Below are positions 12,137-24,006 of a DNA stretch of 64,000 bases, piece by piece. The position numbers and the translations under genes are program-made. The DNA is from Massalongia carnosa (Eukaryota): positions 186,001 to 250,000 of the forward strand of contig OZ287071.1 in assembly GCA_965645245.1 (NCBI GenBank). Direction: 5' to 3'. How positions within the stretch are numbered: the stretch's first letter is position 1; each line of letters begins with the position of its first letter. The notes under the pieces were generated by a model. It was not told where the DNA came from, did not search any database, and saw nothing but the letters and a program-made list of their open reading frames with translations.

Positions 12137-12473
12137 CTGGCTATTGAATAGAATGTATGTAGAATTTCAATGGTCATACGAATTAAAATGTTGAATGGGG
12201 AAGAAGATGGGGAAGAAAAAAGGGAAGAAAAGGGTAAGTTTTGGTGGGGGAATTTTGGCTCACCATGCCCTTTTTTTTCACCCGCGTGGGTGGGCCGTCG
12301 CTATTATCAATCCAAAGGAGACCACAGGCAAATCGGGAGAGGTTGGCGGTTGAGCTCTTTTTCTATGCATCATATTGGTGATTGTCTACCGATGCTATTC
12401 GGCTACCAGCGGATCGACTACCAGCGGTTCTCCACGCATGACGGGGATATTAAATGAACAGTTGACGGCATAA

Positions 12474-15400
12474 TGTTGAAATTACTACTGCTTATAGCAG
12501 CCATGGCAGCCTGCAGGGCTGAGCTAGAACTAATGGGGCTAAGCGAGTAAACCTATGGCGCTAGACATTATTATGGTCACGTATAACAGCAGACCTAATC
12601 CGGTAAGCGGCACGCATCCTGGACTTGGATGATTTTAGACCTTAAAAGTAGAGAGTCATAGAATCATGAATATAACAAAATGAATAACCTCATACTTCTA
12701 CAGGTTATGAGCCCGGCTAGCGCATAAGCTCATTAATCTTCGCTAGCGACAGGCCACAAATACCCCACACCCCCCCCAGAGCAAAGCACCTAGAACAAAA
12801 GGGGCATAATCAGTATCAGACCGATAGTCCGATCCACCTCTGGAAGAACTTCCTACCCGAAAAGGAGGAGCGGTGTGAGGCAGGAGGGTTAAGAATGCTA
12901 CTATGAGGAAGAGTGCTACGCCCCCATACTGAAAGGATACGAAGTAGAACGCTCATATACCAAAGGCTACGAGGCAAACGCTCACATACCAAACGGTTAC
13001 GAGGCGAAGACGCTCATACGAAGCAGAACGCTCACATACCGAAGGCTACGAGGCGGAGAACTTGCTCATATACCAAAGGTTACGAAGCGAAGACGCTCGT
13101 GTTGCGAATGCCAAGCCAGCTAGATCATATCTGACGTAATATGCGAATGCCCTCGCGTATTTTACTGATATGGGAATAGTTACATCTGAGAATTTCTGGT
13201 ATCTTCGATGCTTAGAAATTCAGGTCTATAGACGTTCGAGTAGAATCTCGAATGTTCTATGATCAACATGTATATAACATCACTCCTACGCATAGCTTAG
13301 AGATCAGTCGCAACAACCTGAATTATTTCATTCATAGAAGTTCTGTACTATCCAAAGACTTCTGGCACTCTGCCACCTATTTTCTGTGCATTGGGTCCAT
13401 CATTCTCCATCCATCCCTCCTATTTTAAACAGCTCGCATACCACAACAGCTACAAGGCATCCCACCTTCCTACAACCCAAAGGCGTTGAGAACTCTTCGC
13501 CCAAAAAACCACAAAATGTCAGACCGACGAGAAGAGCAGGAGAAGGCTCCCCGCATCATCCTCCAAGGCTCCGAGAACTATACATTATGGCGATCCTACA
13601 TTCTGGGAGAGCTCAAGCAGAAGAACTGCGCCTGGGCAGTCACCGGAAAGCCAGAGCCAACGAAGGAGTCCGTCAGATCGGACATCATAGCCATGGGCTT
13701 CAAACCCACCGAAATGACGGCCCAAGCACTCTAGACTGCCCTCTCCACCGAAATTAAAGAGCACCGAGCCTCCCTGAGCAAAGCGGAGGGCATCATCAAA
13801 AACTCGGTAGCCTCCAAACACCAAGTAGCTATCGAGGGCAAAGAAGCCAAGGAAATGTGGGAAACCCTACAAATGAAATTTCAGCACATCTCTCCAATGA
13901 GCATCTCGCGACTCATCCTGAGACCACCAAATACGACTATCGGACTGCACAGACATTCACGAATATTGCAGCAAATACCAAGAGGCCTACGACACTGTGT
14001 GCGGCCTCATTCCCACAGATTCCGAGATCCCGGCCAAAGGAGCCGAGGTACTCCTGCAGGCAGGACTGCTCACTGGAATGGGAAACGAATACTCGGGGAT
14101 CGTCTCCATGATGGAGACAGAGTGGAAAATGGGGAACACAAACATCGCCGAGAGCACTAAAAAGTTTATCCGGTTTGCAGAAATCAGGAAAGAGAACGAC
14201 CAAACTCCAGGACAATCCGGCACACCCAAACAATCGGCACTCTTCACCTCCAAACCACCAAAGCCTAGTAATCGAGCACCCCCGGGGACCTGCACAAACC
14301 CAGATTGCATCAAGAAGGGAAATACACAGCACTACACAGACCGTTGTTTCCTGAGATACCCCGAACTTCGGCCAAAACACTCGCTGCACCAGATGAGAAC
14401 AAAAGGCTCTAGGCAAAACCTCCAAAGCCAGACAGAGAGCCCTTCCGAGACCCCGTCCCGCGAAAGTTGACAACCAAAGGTGCTAGCGGTCAAAGGGCCG
14501 AGAGACGCTTCCTGGCTGGTTGACAGCGCGGCGGACGTGCACGTGTGCAATGATCGAAGCTTGATGACTGAGTACCACGAAAAGCCTACCCGGATCGGAG
14601 GCTCAACTGCAGATGGGGTTTCACCAGGCCGTGGAAAGGTGCGCCTTCGCCTCAGCCTGAGAGACGGTCGCGAAGGAGTGATCCTGAACCTGAACAACGT
14701 GTTTTTCCTTTCCCACAGTCCTTCTAATCTTGTCAGCCTCGGCCTTCTCAACATTCATGGAATTTTCTATGATAATGAGAACGAGACACTCTATGATAGA
14801 AGAACAAAGGAAACCCTGGCTTACGCCGAAAGGTGGAGGACCAGCTTCCTTCTTCACCCTCTCAACCTCTCTGTCTCTGCAACTCATCTAAAGCAGATCG
14901 ACGCCAACACGTACGAGTGGCCACCACACGCCTACAGGACCACCACCTCATCAAAACTACCTCTCACCACCTGGCACAAACTACTCGGCCACCTCAACTT
15001 CCCCTCACTGAAGCAACATCTCCACAAACTGGAGATCGACTACGTGGACGACTCAGAAAAGTACGTGTGTGACAGCTGCCAACGTGCGAAAGCCACAAAA
15101 TATACAACCGCCACGAGCCTCAGAAACGAGCAAGCGAGGCGTACCAGTTTATACACACAGACCTAGTAGGTCCCATCAACCCTGTTGGTTTTGGAGGGGA
15201 GAGATACTTCTTCACATTTACGGATGACTTCACGCGATATACCGAAGTGTACACTGGTGCCCGGAAAAGCGATTGGTTCAAATGTCTCAAGATCTTCTAC
15301 AACCTCTGCAAAACCAGGTCACACAAGGAGAGACCAGTCGAACGCCTACGTTCAGATTATGGATCAGAACTGCAGAGCAAAAGGGTAGAGGAATGGTTTG

Positions 15401-16933
15401 CGAAGAAGGGCATCACTTTTGAACCCTCAGCACCGTACTCTCAGGAACAAAACGGCGTGTCAGAACGAATGGGAAGAACCATCATGGATATGACAAGAGC
15501 GACAATCCTAGAGGGAAGCCTTGATGACGAGCTGTGGCCTGAAATTGTTCTTGCGATGACGTACGTCAAAAACGTTCGTCCCACGAAGGCTTTAGGTGGA
15601 GACAACCCCTACCATGCACAGCAGAAAATCCACCCAGATATCCAACACCTCCGAGTGTTAGGCTCGACAGTGTACGTTCTCCTACACGAAGAGGAACGAG
15701 CCTTAAAGTCTGAGAAGTGGAACCCACGAGCCTTACGCGGTACTCTTGTTGGATACGATGGTCACACAATCTACAGAGTCCACATCCGAGAATAGAACAA
15801 AGTCATTCGCATCAAAGATTTCAGAATATTTGAAGACTACGAGGCCAAGACGTCCACCGAGCTTACTGAATACAAAACACTCCCACCTTCTCAGGTTTCT
15901 TACTTTCCGATGACGATGACGAGGCGACGAGCGACACACAGATGCTGGATGTAGGCCGAAAGGTCAACAATGCAACAGGTGCCAGCGAGTCAACTCCCAG
16001 CAAAGTAACCCCTAGGAAGGGCCGAAAGGTCACTACTAGAGATGAAACTACTGGAGCGTCAAATGAAACTACGGAGACAAGGAAGTCTCGGTCTGGCCGA
16101 ACGATAAGGCCTACACAAAAGGCTCAAGATCAAGATCTGATAGTACATCTCAGCAAGCTGCTAGACCTTGACTGGGAACACAACTCGGAGGAAAAAGCAA
16201 ACGCGTTCCTGACAAACATCGAATGCGAGGAGGACGGCCACGGCGCAGACGACGACCTATACAGAATCTTGACTTCGAGGCTCATTCAGGCCAACGCCCA
16301 AAGCAAAGGAGACTATGTCCTTGCCACCCAATTAGATGTCGAAGAACCTGAGTCATACAACAGGGCAATGTAATGCCCCCACGCCTCGCAGTGGGCACAG
16401 GCAATGAAAGAAGAAATAGACTCTCCACACGAAAACAAGACCTGGGTTCTCATACCAAAGAACGAGATGGAATCAGATCATCGACCTTTGGGGGGGAAGT
16501 GGGTGTACAAGGTCAAGCGTGATGTCGAAGGCAAGGTATCTAGATTCAAAGCCAGATGGGTTATCAAAGGGTACCTACAACAGTTTGGTGTTGATTTCGA
16601 TCAAACCTACGCATCCGTGGTGAAGCCAATGGCCTTCAGAACCCTGTTCGCCCTTGCCGCCTTCTTCGACCTGGACATCGACCAGATGGACGTAAAAACG
16701 GCTTTTCTCTATGGCCTCATTGATCAACTGATATATATGGAGATTCCAAAGGGAACTGAGACAGAAGCCACAAAGAATATGGTTTGCAAACTGTTGAAAG
16801 CTATCTACGGCCTCAAACAATCTCCCCGCCTCTGGTACGAACGCTTTTCAGCCTTCCTCCTCGAGAAACTAGGCTTGAAACGCATCCACGCAGACCACAG
16901 TATATTCGTATCGGGTGCAGGGCTGAAAGGTCT
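12474..16933 (+). mobile_element. Ty1/Copia family A, copy 1; degenerate and 3'-truncated inside RT
   Basis: LTR 12474-12702 (TGTTG...CTACA); PBS GGTTATGAGCCC at 12703; gag from 13516; PR WLVDSAA; IN SQEQNGVSER; RT QMDVKTAFLYG. It has several stops and frameshifts, and it is near-identical in coding regions to 47496-53019 up to 16933. Confidence 0.95.
13100..13431. mobile_element. Solo LTR inserted in the 5' leader of Copia A copy 1
   Basis: TGTTG...AAACA with TSD GCTCG; the empty site GACGCTCGCATACC is present in copy 2. Confidence 0.9.
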
Positions 16934-17950
16934 CCGAAGTCCGGCCCGTGTCAATTTCTCTAATTCAAATGCTGGAGCTACACGCAAAGATCGACAGCCC
17001 CGTAAGCATTCAATGGATATCGGCTCATGTGGGAGTTCCAGGTATCGAAGCGGCGGATCAAGAAGCCAAAGCAGCAACGTGGTCTGTTCCTCAAGCTCCC
17101 GGACAACCACAGCTAATAGCACCCATCTTCCCGGTGCTCAAAAAGATGGCCCATAGCAAATGGGACGAAAGATGGGTAAAACAAAAGCATGGGGCCTATG
17201 TCAAACGCACTCAGCCTCATAGAAATCCCAAAGCCATGAACAAGTTCAAGGGATTGAAAAGACTCATGTATGCCATTCTTGTTCAAGTTCGCACGGACAA
17301 GATAGACTTGAATGACTTCCTCTACTCTGTCTAGAAAGCCGAAACGGACAGATGTCGCTGTTGTTGAAGTGTGCCCACCCCTCGCTGTTGCTCCGGCCAA
17401 GTAGGGAGCAGCCCCGAGCAGGCAGCAGCCTGAAATGCAACTTGATAGGGCTCTGGAGGAAGAGCATATAACGTATCTAGATTCGTTCATAAATTAAGCA
17501 GTCTGAACACACGCTGCATTCAACAACTGTCCCGGAGCGCCCAGGCAGACTGCAGGGCACGTACTAACTACATGCCGGAAATGGGCTCAATTAAGGCAAG
17601 ACACCATATGGCAAGGAACGGGAAAGAGGGACATAAAAACATTCTTGGATGAGCCGGCGACTGCTAAACGCGCCTTTTTTTTGGCTAACACAGGACTGCT
17701 TGAACAGCTAGGTAGAGCGTGTTTAATGGATATGGGAGTCGAAGAGACACCAATCTAGTGTGGCAAAGGAGGACATACTCAGTATCAATGATCAGATATA
17801 GGACGAACCCCCGAGAGGGGACATCGCAGCACATGCTACTGATCCCTATTCGAATCGACATTCCCGTCCCTATATTGCCCGTGTATTCCGATGGTTTGTT
17901 ACGTCAAATGGAGCTGCAACGATATCAATACATTTGTCACAATAAAGACG
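16934..17950 (+). mobile_element. 3' fragment of a Tad/I-like LINE (RNase H end and CCHC)
   Basis: IQWISAHVGVPGIEAADQEAK (RNase H) and ILVQVRT. Removing the solo LTR restores RCRCPGAPRQTAGHVLTTC. AATAAA at 17941. Confidence 0.8.
17362..17525. mobile_element. Short solo LTR (164 bp) in the LINE zinc knuckle
   Basis: TGTTGAA...TTCAACA inverted termini; near-TSD GCTGT/ACTGT; excision restores the LINE reading frame. Confidence 0.75.
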
Positions 17951-18169
17951 GAATGAGAATGTATAGCAAGGAACAGCATGGATTATCGACGTAAGCGCGA
18001 AAGTGAAGACACAGTAAGATTTCCACATTAAAGCCGACTCCCATATTATGGCGAACAATCGCATATCAGCGGTTTTTCGTTCATGGTCAAGGATCACATT
18101 TTATTGAGGTAGTTAATGCAGGACCCGCGTTAAGAAGGGAAGCCAGTGTTGGAATTAGCGTGCAAAGAC

Positions 18170-20330
18170 AAGCCCGACAGATCATGAGTCAGGCCATAGA
18201 GACAGTTAAAGAGAAAGAATGCAGGATGATTCAAGAGGGAGCGAAGACGGAGGTAAATCCATGATTAGAGAGAACTAGATGGTTGAAGTATTTGTTAGGG
18301 CTAGAGTGGCCGGCGTTGATGGCATTGGCGAGGGAGCCCGACTCGGAAGATGAGCCGGCCATCAGTGAGATGTGGGCGTCGTTTGATCGCATGATTCGAA
18401 ATTGTCAACCAAACCATCATGTCCCGCGCGGGGACTTTTGTCCGCATGGAGGCAGTGGGCAAAGCCAGCAGCAGTCAGGAGTACACCCCGTTGCAGCCGT
18501 AGATAGAGACTCAGTCCATCGACGATCACAGTCGGTCATGGAAGCAAGTGTTGATGTTTTTCGCCCTTCCGCGGCCTCAAGGAAGCGCGAGCAGTCCGCG
18601 GGATCGATTCAGTCGGGCCCAGAAACGAGCATGGAAAGAATTTTGCGCGGCGATCAAAAGACAAGGGAAGAAGAAGAAGAATTAGAAGAAACAAGCGACG
18701 AAGCCAAGTCAATATCATTAGCAGTAGGAATCACCATATGAGAGAAAGATCAGGTGTCAGCGTTCATGTAGCCATCAGATCCCGATGGAAAAAAGTGGAC
18801 GTTGCCATGACTGCGGACGGTGTTGCAACGCGAGAGTCGGATAGGCATAGGCGTGCCGTTGGGCATTCAGGCATATCGGGAGATTATCATTGGAATCAGT
18901 CGAAAATACATGCAAGGGGGTTTGTCATTTAATGCCGACACGGAAAAGGAGGATACGGCAGACGATATGTTGAACGATATCGCCGACGTACAGGCGGGGC
19001 ATAGATCGCACGCGGCGGGCATGATATATGCACGAGGCATTATGGAGGTCAGTGAGAAGGTGGCCAGCAAGCGTCAGCGGTTTCGCGAAAGCAGTCAGGA
19101 ATAGCACCGATTTTTAGGATTTGCATCGGCTATGACGACGCACGAGTCATCGGAACATGGAAAAAACGAAGGACGGTATGGGAAGGAAAGAGTTAAGAGA
19201 TTCGTATGCATGGATGGAAACGGTTGCGCGGCGCGAACATTCAACAGCAGTTGGAGCGATTGATGAGCGCCGGAAGCCGGTTTCGCGGAGTGCAAAAGAT
19301 CACGATTGAGGTGATCATGGCCGGCGAAAGCCCCATGATCGCGATGATGCCCACCGGGGGCGGCAAGAGCATGACATTTATGTTGCCGGCGTCATGCGGG
19401 CACGGGGGGTGAGCGTAGTAGTGATGCCGTTGATCGCGTTGCGGCAAGACATGCGGCGACGGTGCGAAGGCATGGATATCACATGCGCGGAGTAAAGCAG
19501 TGTTCGACCACCCGAGCGGCGTCGTTGATGTTGGTCACGCGGAGATTGGCGGTGACGGGGATATTCAGACATTTATCAACCCATTACGAGCTATTTAGTA
19601 ATTGGAAGGAGTTGACAGGCATTGTCATCGACGAATGTCAGGTAACATTGACCGATCAATGGCATTTTCGGCCGCAATTGTAACAGCTAGGGCGATTAAT
19701 CGAGGCAGAAAGACTGATGATATTGTTGACGGCAACGTTGCCGCCCTGACAGGAGATGCAATTGTGTTGTCGAATGGGATTCGTGCGAGACGAGGTTTGA
19801 ATGTTTCGCAACGCCATGAGTCGAGCGAACATTCGTTATCGCATTGTGCATGAGAACAACAACCGCAGGAAGCAAATGGAGTTTTTGACGGAGATATTGC
19901 AGAGGCGGCCAAGCGGAAAGATGATTGTGTACGCCAACGCGGTATCGACAGTGTAGTAATTGGCGCAGGTATTGAATTGTGGAGCATATCATTATCATGT
20001 GGCGGACAAAGACGAGATATTTCAGGGGTTGATTCAGGGACACGTCGGGTAGTGATGGCAAACAGTGCGTTTGGGTTGAGAATTAATTTATCGGACACTC
20101 GAGTAGTGATTCACCTGAATGTTCCGCGCAGCATGGAAGAATATGCGCAAGAAAACGGACATGCGAGACGAGACGGCGAAATTAACAAAGTTTCATCAAG
20201 GTTCGGCCGGAGACGCAGCCATCAAGTGAGGTATTTTCGAAAATCGAGTCAAGATAGACAGTTAAACGATTTATAATGTAGGCGGAACAGAATGAATGTC
20301 AACAAGTTATGTTAGATGAATATATGAATA
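18170..20330 (+). pseudogene. Decayed TLH-like gene (DUF3505-like region, QAGH..IYAR motif, RecQ-family helicase)
   Basis: Fragments EVNP*LERTRWLKYL, AYREIIIGISRKY..QAGHRSHAAGMIYAR, MPTGGGKSMTFMLPA (motif I), VVMPLIALRQD, IVIDECQ (motif II), LLTATLPP (III) and AFGLRINLSDTRVVIH..YAQENGHARRDG (V/VI), with many stops and frameshifts. Confidence 0.8.
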
Positions 20331-20584
20331 GAGGTCGAGACCGCGAGCAATGATGAGAGGTATCCAAATAAACCACCAAGTGGTGGGCCACCCAAGAAAC
20401 GACGACGACTCAACTGAGATGCACATTCATTTCAGGTCACAATCAATCAAGCTTAAAGGCGACAAATGAAGAATGGATTAAACGCTTCTAAAAAGAAGCA
20501 CAAGAACCATCCAAGCACCGCCACTGAGCCACGTGCTGGCCGAAGGCCACAAGTAAACAAAGCGAAAATAAAAGGAAAAACAAT

Positions 20585-21289
20585 CTAGGCAGGCTCAAGC
20601 TCCGCCGCCTCCATGTCCTCCTCGTCGATTTGACTCGACTTGTCCGAGTCAAACCCCTCAAAATCCTCGTCCTCATCATCCACAGGCATGTTGGCCTACA
20701 GGAATCAGTAAGATAACACAGTCAAGCTCAGTTGACAACTGACCTGCCACTTCATCACCTTGAGCATCTTCTCGGCGGCGTCGGTAAGTCGACCGAGTAC
20801 CATAAGGGTGGCCCGCGGGACATCCTTATCCTTCACCCGATGATTGCGCAGGTAGCGCTCTACACGCTTGGTTTAAAGCACCACCTGCGCACGCAGACGA
20901 GTAAACGCAGTACGCCACTCGTCTGCGTCATCGATGTCAGACATCTCAACCGCCTCCTCTTCGAGTCCTACCACACGGTGGCGAAACCAACTAGGCACCT
21001 ACGGATTATGTCAGGACAGCATACGGGTTTGGTCAAGCCCACTTACCTTAAAGCAAGGAGCATGCTTCTTTGTACACAGGGTGTAGACAGTGCACCCCGG
21101 CTTAAACACGCAAGGACCACTACCCTTAAACGTCAACCGCTTGGAACAGCTGAGGCAGCTCACGGTAGACATGTCCTTGTCGGTACGCAGCCGTTGGGGG
21201 ATTGCCTTTCCCCTAGCCTTGACAGGACTCTTGCTGGCAGTCGCTTTGCCCTTGCTCGGGCTCTTCGCTTTAGCAGGGGGGAGACCCAT
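20585..21289 (-). pseudogene. Small three-exon Cys-cluster protein gene with basic N-terminus and acidic tail; one premature TAA
   Basis: Exon 1 MGLPPAKAKSP..CLSCSKRL..PCVF..CTVYTLCTKKHAPCFK; two 48-nt GT-AG introns (20999-21046 and 20696-20743); TAA at 20873-20875; ends DDEDEDFEGFDSD..LEPA*. Confidence 0.65.
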
Positions 21290-21739
21290 GTTGCAGCATT
21301 TACAATCCTGGACATCACACATCACTGCCGTGGTGGCTTACATTTCTAAAGGTATTGGGGTATGGGTTCTGCATCGGACGGAATTAATAGAGCTCATTAA
21401 CTGGAGGATAGCGAGGTCGATCATGTAGATGTACAAAATAATATTTAACGACGCCCAAGGATTCTATGTACGAAGTATACATAGCGAGAATGGTGCAAAG
21501 CCTTGACGTTGATTTATCCCACATCTCAACTCGTTGTCTCTGTGGCAGCCTGCATAACAGCACGCTCAATCCCATATCGAGACATCGTTCCTTAGGCACA
21601 AGCCATAATAGCGAGCTGCCCTGTGGCCTCGACTTCGGTGATGAGCACGGTTTCACCTCCCTCATCCACTATGGTCACTTAGCCAGAGAATTACCATAAC
21701 AAGGGGGAAGCTAAAGAAAGCTAGCTAGAAGCGATAGTC

Positions 21740-24006
21740 GATTAAATATTCCATGCGTACATCACATGCCAGCCGTCCGCCTGATCTAGTTATGTCAGCT
21801 TTCTGTAGTATGACTGGTAATTACCTTCAATGAAAATCATGCTATTATACCTACACGTGAATCATACTATTCATGACTGGGTACGTTCGTTACTTGATGA
21901 AAGCATGGTGTGCAATATATTAGAGAAAGATCAAAGCTTGGCACTTGCCCAGCGGAATCAGACTTTTGGGGCAATAATTTCCGTTGAACATTTATCCGGA
22001 CAAACATGCTAGTTAACTAAGTTGTTGAGACTTTGGCGCCAGTCGCTTAAATCGGCATTGCAAGGACATAAAAGTAGACCTTTTATAAGACGTTAAGTTA
22101 GCATGATCAAGCGGAAATTTATTAGAGTTTGGCCAGAGCAGGCCACCTACATGAAATGGCCGTAATCTTCGATAGTCTTGCGCGCAACCAGGCGGGGGCT
22201 GCGAGAAGACTGTGGTGTCAAATGTCAGCTATACTGGCATTAACCAACATTGGTCAACGGGCCCGTCACATGCCCGTCACATGACATTGCCACCGCGGCA
22301 CGGGTAAAAATTCTTCCTTCGGAGACATCTCTTGATCTATCCCCTGGCGGCATACCTAGCTAGAAAATCATCTATAGATCAATGCCATTCATTTCACCTC
22401 ATCTGGTCAAGACATAAAACATCTCAACTGATCATCAGGGCAAAAAGCCTCAGATGTGGTCATAAGGAGGTGGGCGAGTGCGGGCGTGATAAGCCAAGAC
22501 AAGAGGACCAAAAGTTGCTGACAACAAAGGTGCCTTTATCAAGGTCATCCTAGCCCCATCCTCATGTTCATCGTCATCCCGTTCACGACTCCTCTGTCAA
22601 TCGCTTTATGCATTTCTGTTTACCATTTTGTTTGTCTTCTACCTTTCTGTGTACGGGTAAATATGATTTAGCCTGGGGAAGGTAAAGCTGTGAGTTTGGA
22701 AAGAAGATATATTTACCGTTGCTACTACTGCACATTGTGGATGCCGTGCGGGTTGCTGGTTGGGCTGTTGTTCTCACTACATCTCTGTGGAACTCTAGCT
22801 CCCTGATCTTGTGTTCCTCATCAAGTAGCTTGTGAAGTTCTTTCTTGACTCGATCAGCATCTTCGGCTAATGTACAGAGCCCTCGGAGAGACTGGCCTGT
22901 GATCATAAGTTGTGTCTTTCCGGACCTCGTCGTCAAATAAGCCTTTCACGAATGCTTTCATGATTACATCCAAGGTGGCGGATTCCAAAAGAAAAAGCAC
23001 CGCTAAGCCTGCTGTCGGACGATCCCTGGCCCCAACACGAAGCATGAGGGCTGTGTTTATAACAGGAGGTAATGGGCTCGTCGGGCTTTCGCTTCAGCTC
23101 ACTAAGTTCTATATCGAAACTCACCGTGAAGGAGTCAATGGATCTTGCAGGGAATCTTTCCCGAAATAGATTCCGGAAAGCAAGGGCAATCTCCGCAGTG
23201 AGCTCCTCGTCTGCGAGGAGGCGGGCAGCATCCGGGTTTGTTTCTGCCCACTCGGCAGTTTCGTCCGTGAGTAGTGGGTTGATGCATTCTAGAAGTGTTG
23301 CTGGAGGGACCGCACCATTCATCCGATGCGGGGTAAGCTCATATTCAACTTCTTGGCTGCGAAGATGTTATCGCAGCCACGTTAGTCAGCTGGGACGCTA
23401 ATAAGAAGCCAGGTGTGCACACCATTCAAATCATTCCGCCTCGAATAACAGGCTCGAAGGAGATGTAACACCGCTATCCGTCCTTGATCCGCCGAGTCTT
23501 TTAGACTTCATCTCAATCGATTGTAAATCTATTCAATGCATCTTCTGCCTTGGCAAGGAAGAATTACCGGCAGTGACACGCCTGAAATCCTTTCAAAGCC
23601 GGGGTGATCTAAAAACTCACTTTCACCGCAAACATCTTCGTCGTCACTCCAACAGCAAGTTGATAGCATGCCCTCTGTTGAAATAAAAGGGGCTGATGGA
23701 GCTGCACTGAATCAATGAAAAGGCTGATATGCTGCGCTTGAAGCTCTATAACTAAATTGAACTTAACTAACTGAATTATCTAAGACAGAAAGAGGTGGGA
23801 TTATTTGCCCAAATATATACATAGTACACCGAATATGGCTGTCATTCCATCGCGTTCGTCGCAGGGACCTTGTCGTGCGGTAATAGCGGAATTATAGATT
23901 CCCATAGAATGTTCCATGCAATTGTAAGGTGAAGTCATATCGGGTAAGACAATTAACCTCGGTATAGTGGCAAAACCAAATAACGCCAAGACAGTATGAA
24001 TCAACA
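21740..24006 (-). mobile_element. Degenerate Gypsy-like gag remnant with a probable 5' LTR at 23676-24006
   Basis: Frameshifted gag-like fragments (LTDETAEWAETNP..FRERFP..ELSELKRKPDEPITSCYK; VIMKAFVKGLFDDEVR). Segment 23676-24006 has TGTTGA...TCAACA termini. Confidence 0.55.
22216..22454 (+). mobile_element. Solo LTR of Copia family C
   Basis: Matches LTRs 24728-24986 and 29780-30038 apart from a 20-bp deletion and a few substitutions; TSD TGTGG at 22211-22215 and 22455-22459. Confidence 0.95.

Larger units (their letters stand above)
9117..12288 (+). mobile_element. IS630/Tc1-type DNA transposon 2 (DD38E) with ~105-bp TIRs; left TIR split by a MULE-like insertion
   Basis: Termini CACGCGGGTGAAAAAAAA (9117) and TTTTTTTTCACCCGCGTG (12288), flanked by GGTGG on both sides. 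The left TIR resumes at 10978 and matches 12185-12250. Confidence 0.9.

Noticed and set aside
9117..12288. Transib/RAG transposon, suggested by the CAC ends and 5-bp TSD
   Set aside because: The transposase is 360 aa with Tc1/DDE_3 motifs and no RAG1-core features, and there is no RSS-like 12/23 spacing.
16404..17156. 250-aa ORF as a novel RT fusion protein
   Set aside because: It is Copia RT reading by chance into an off-frame LINE fragment, and it lacks the catalytic DD.
18170..20330. Evidence that the window is subtelomeric
   Set aside because: No TTAGGG/CCCTAA arrays are seen, and a TLH-like gene alone does not establish chromosomal position.
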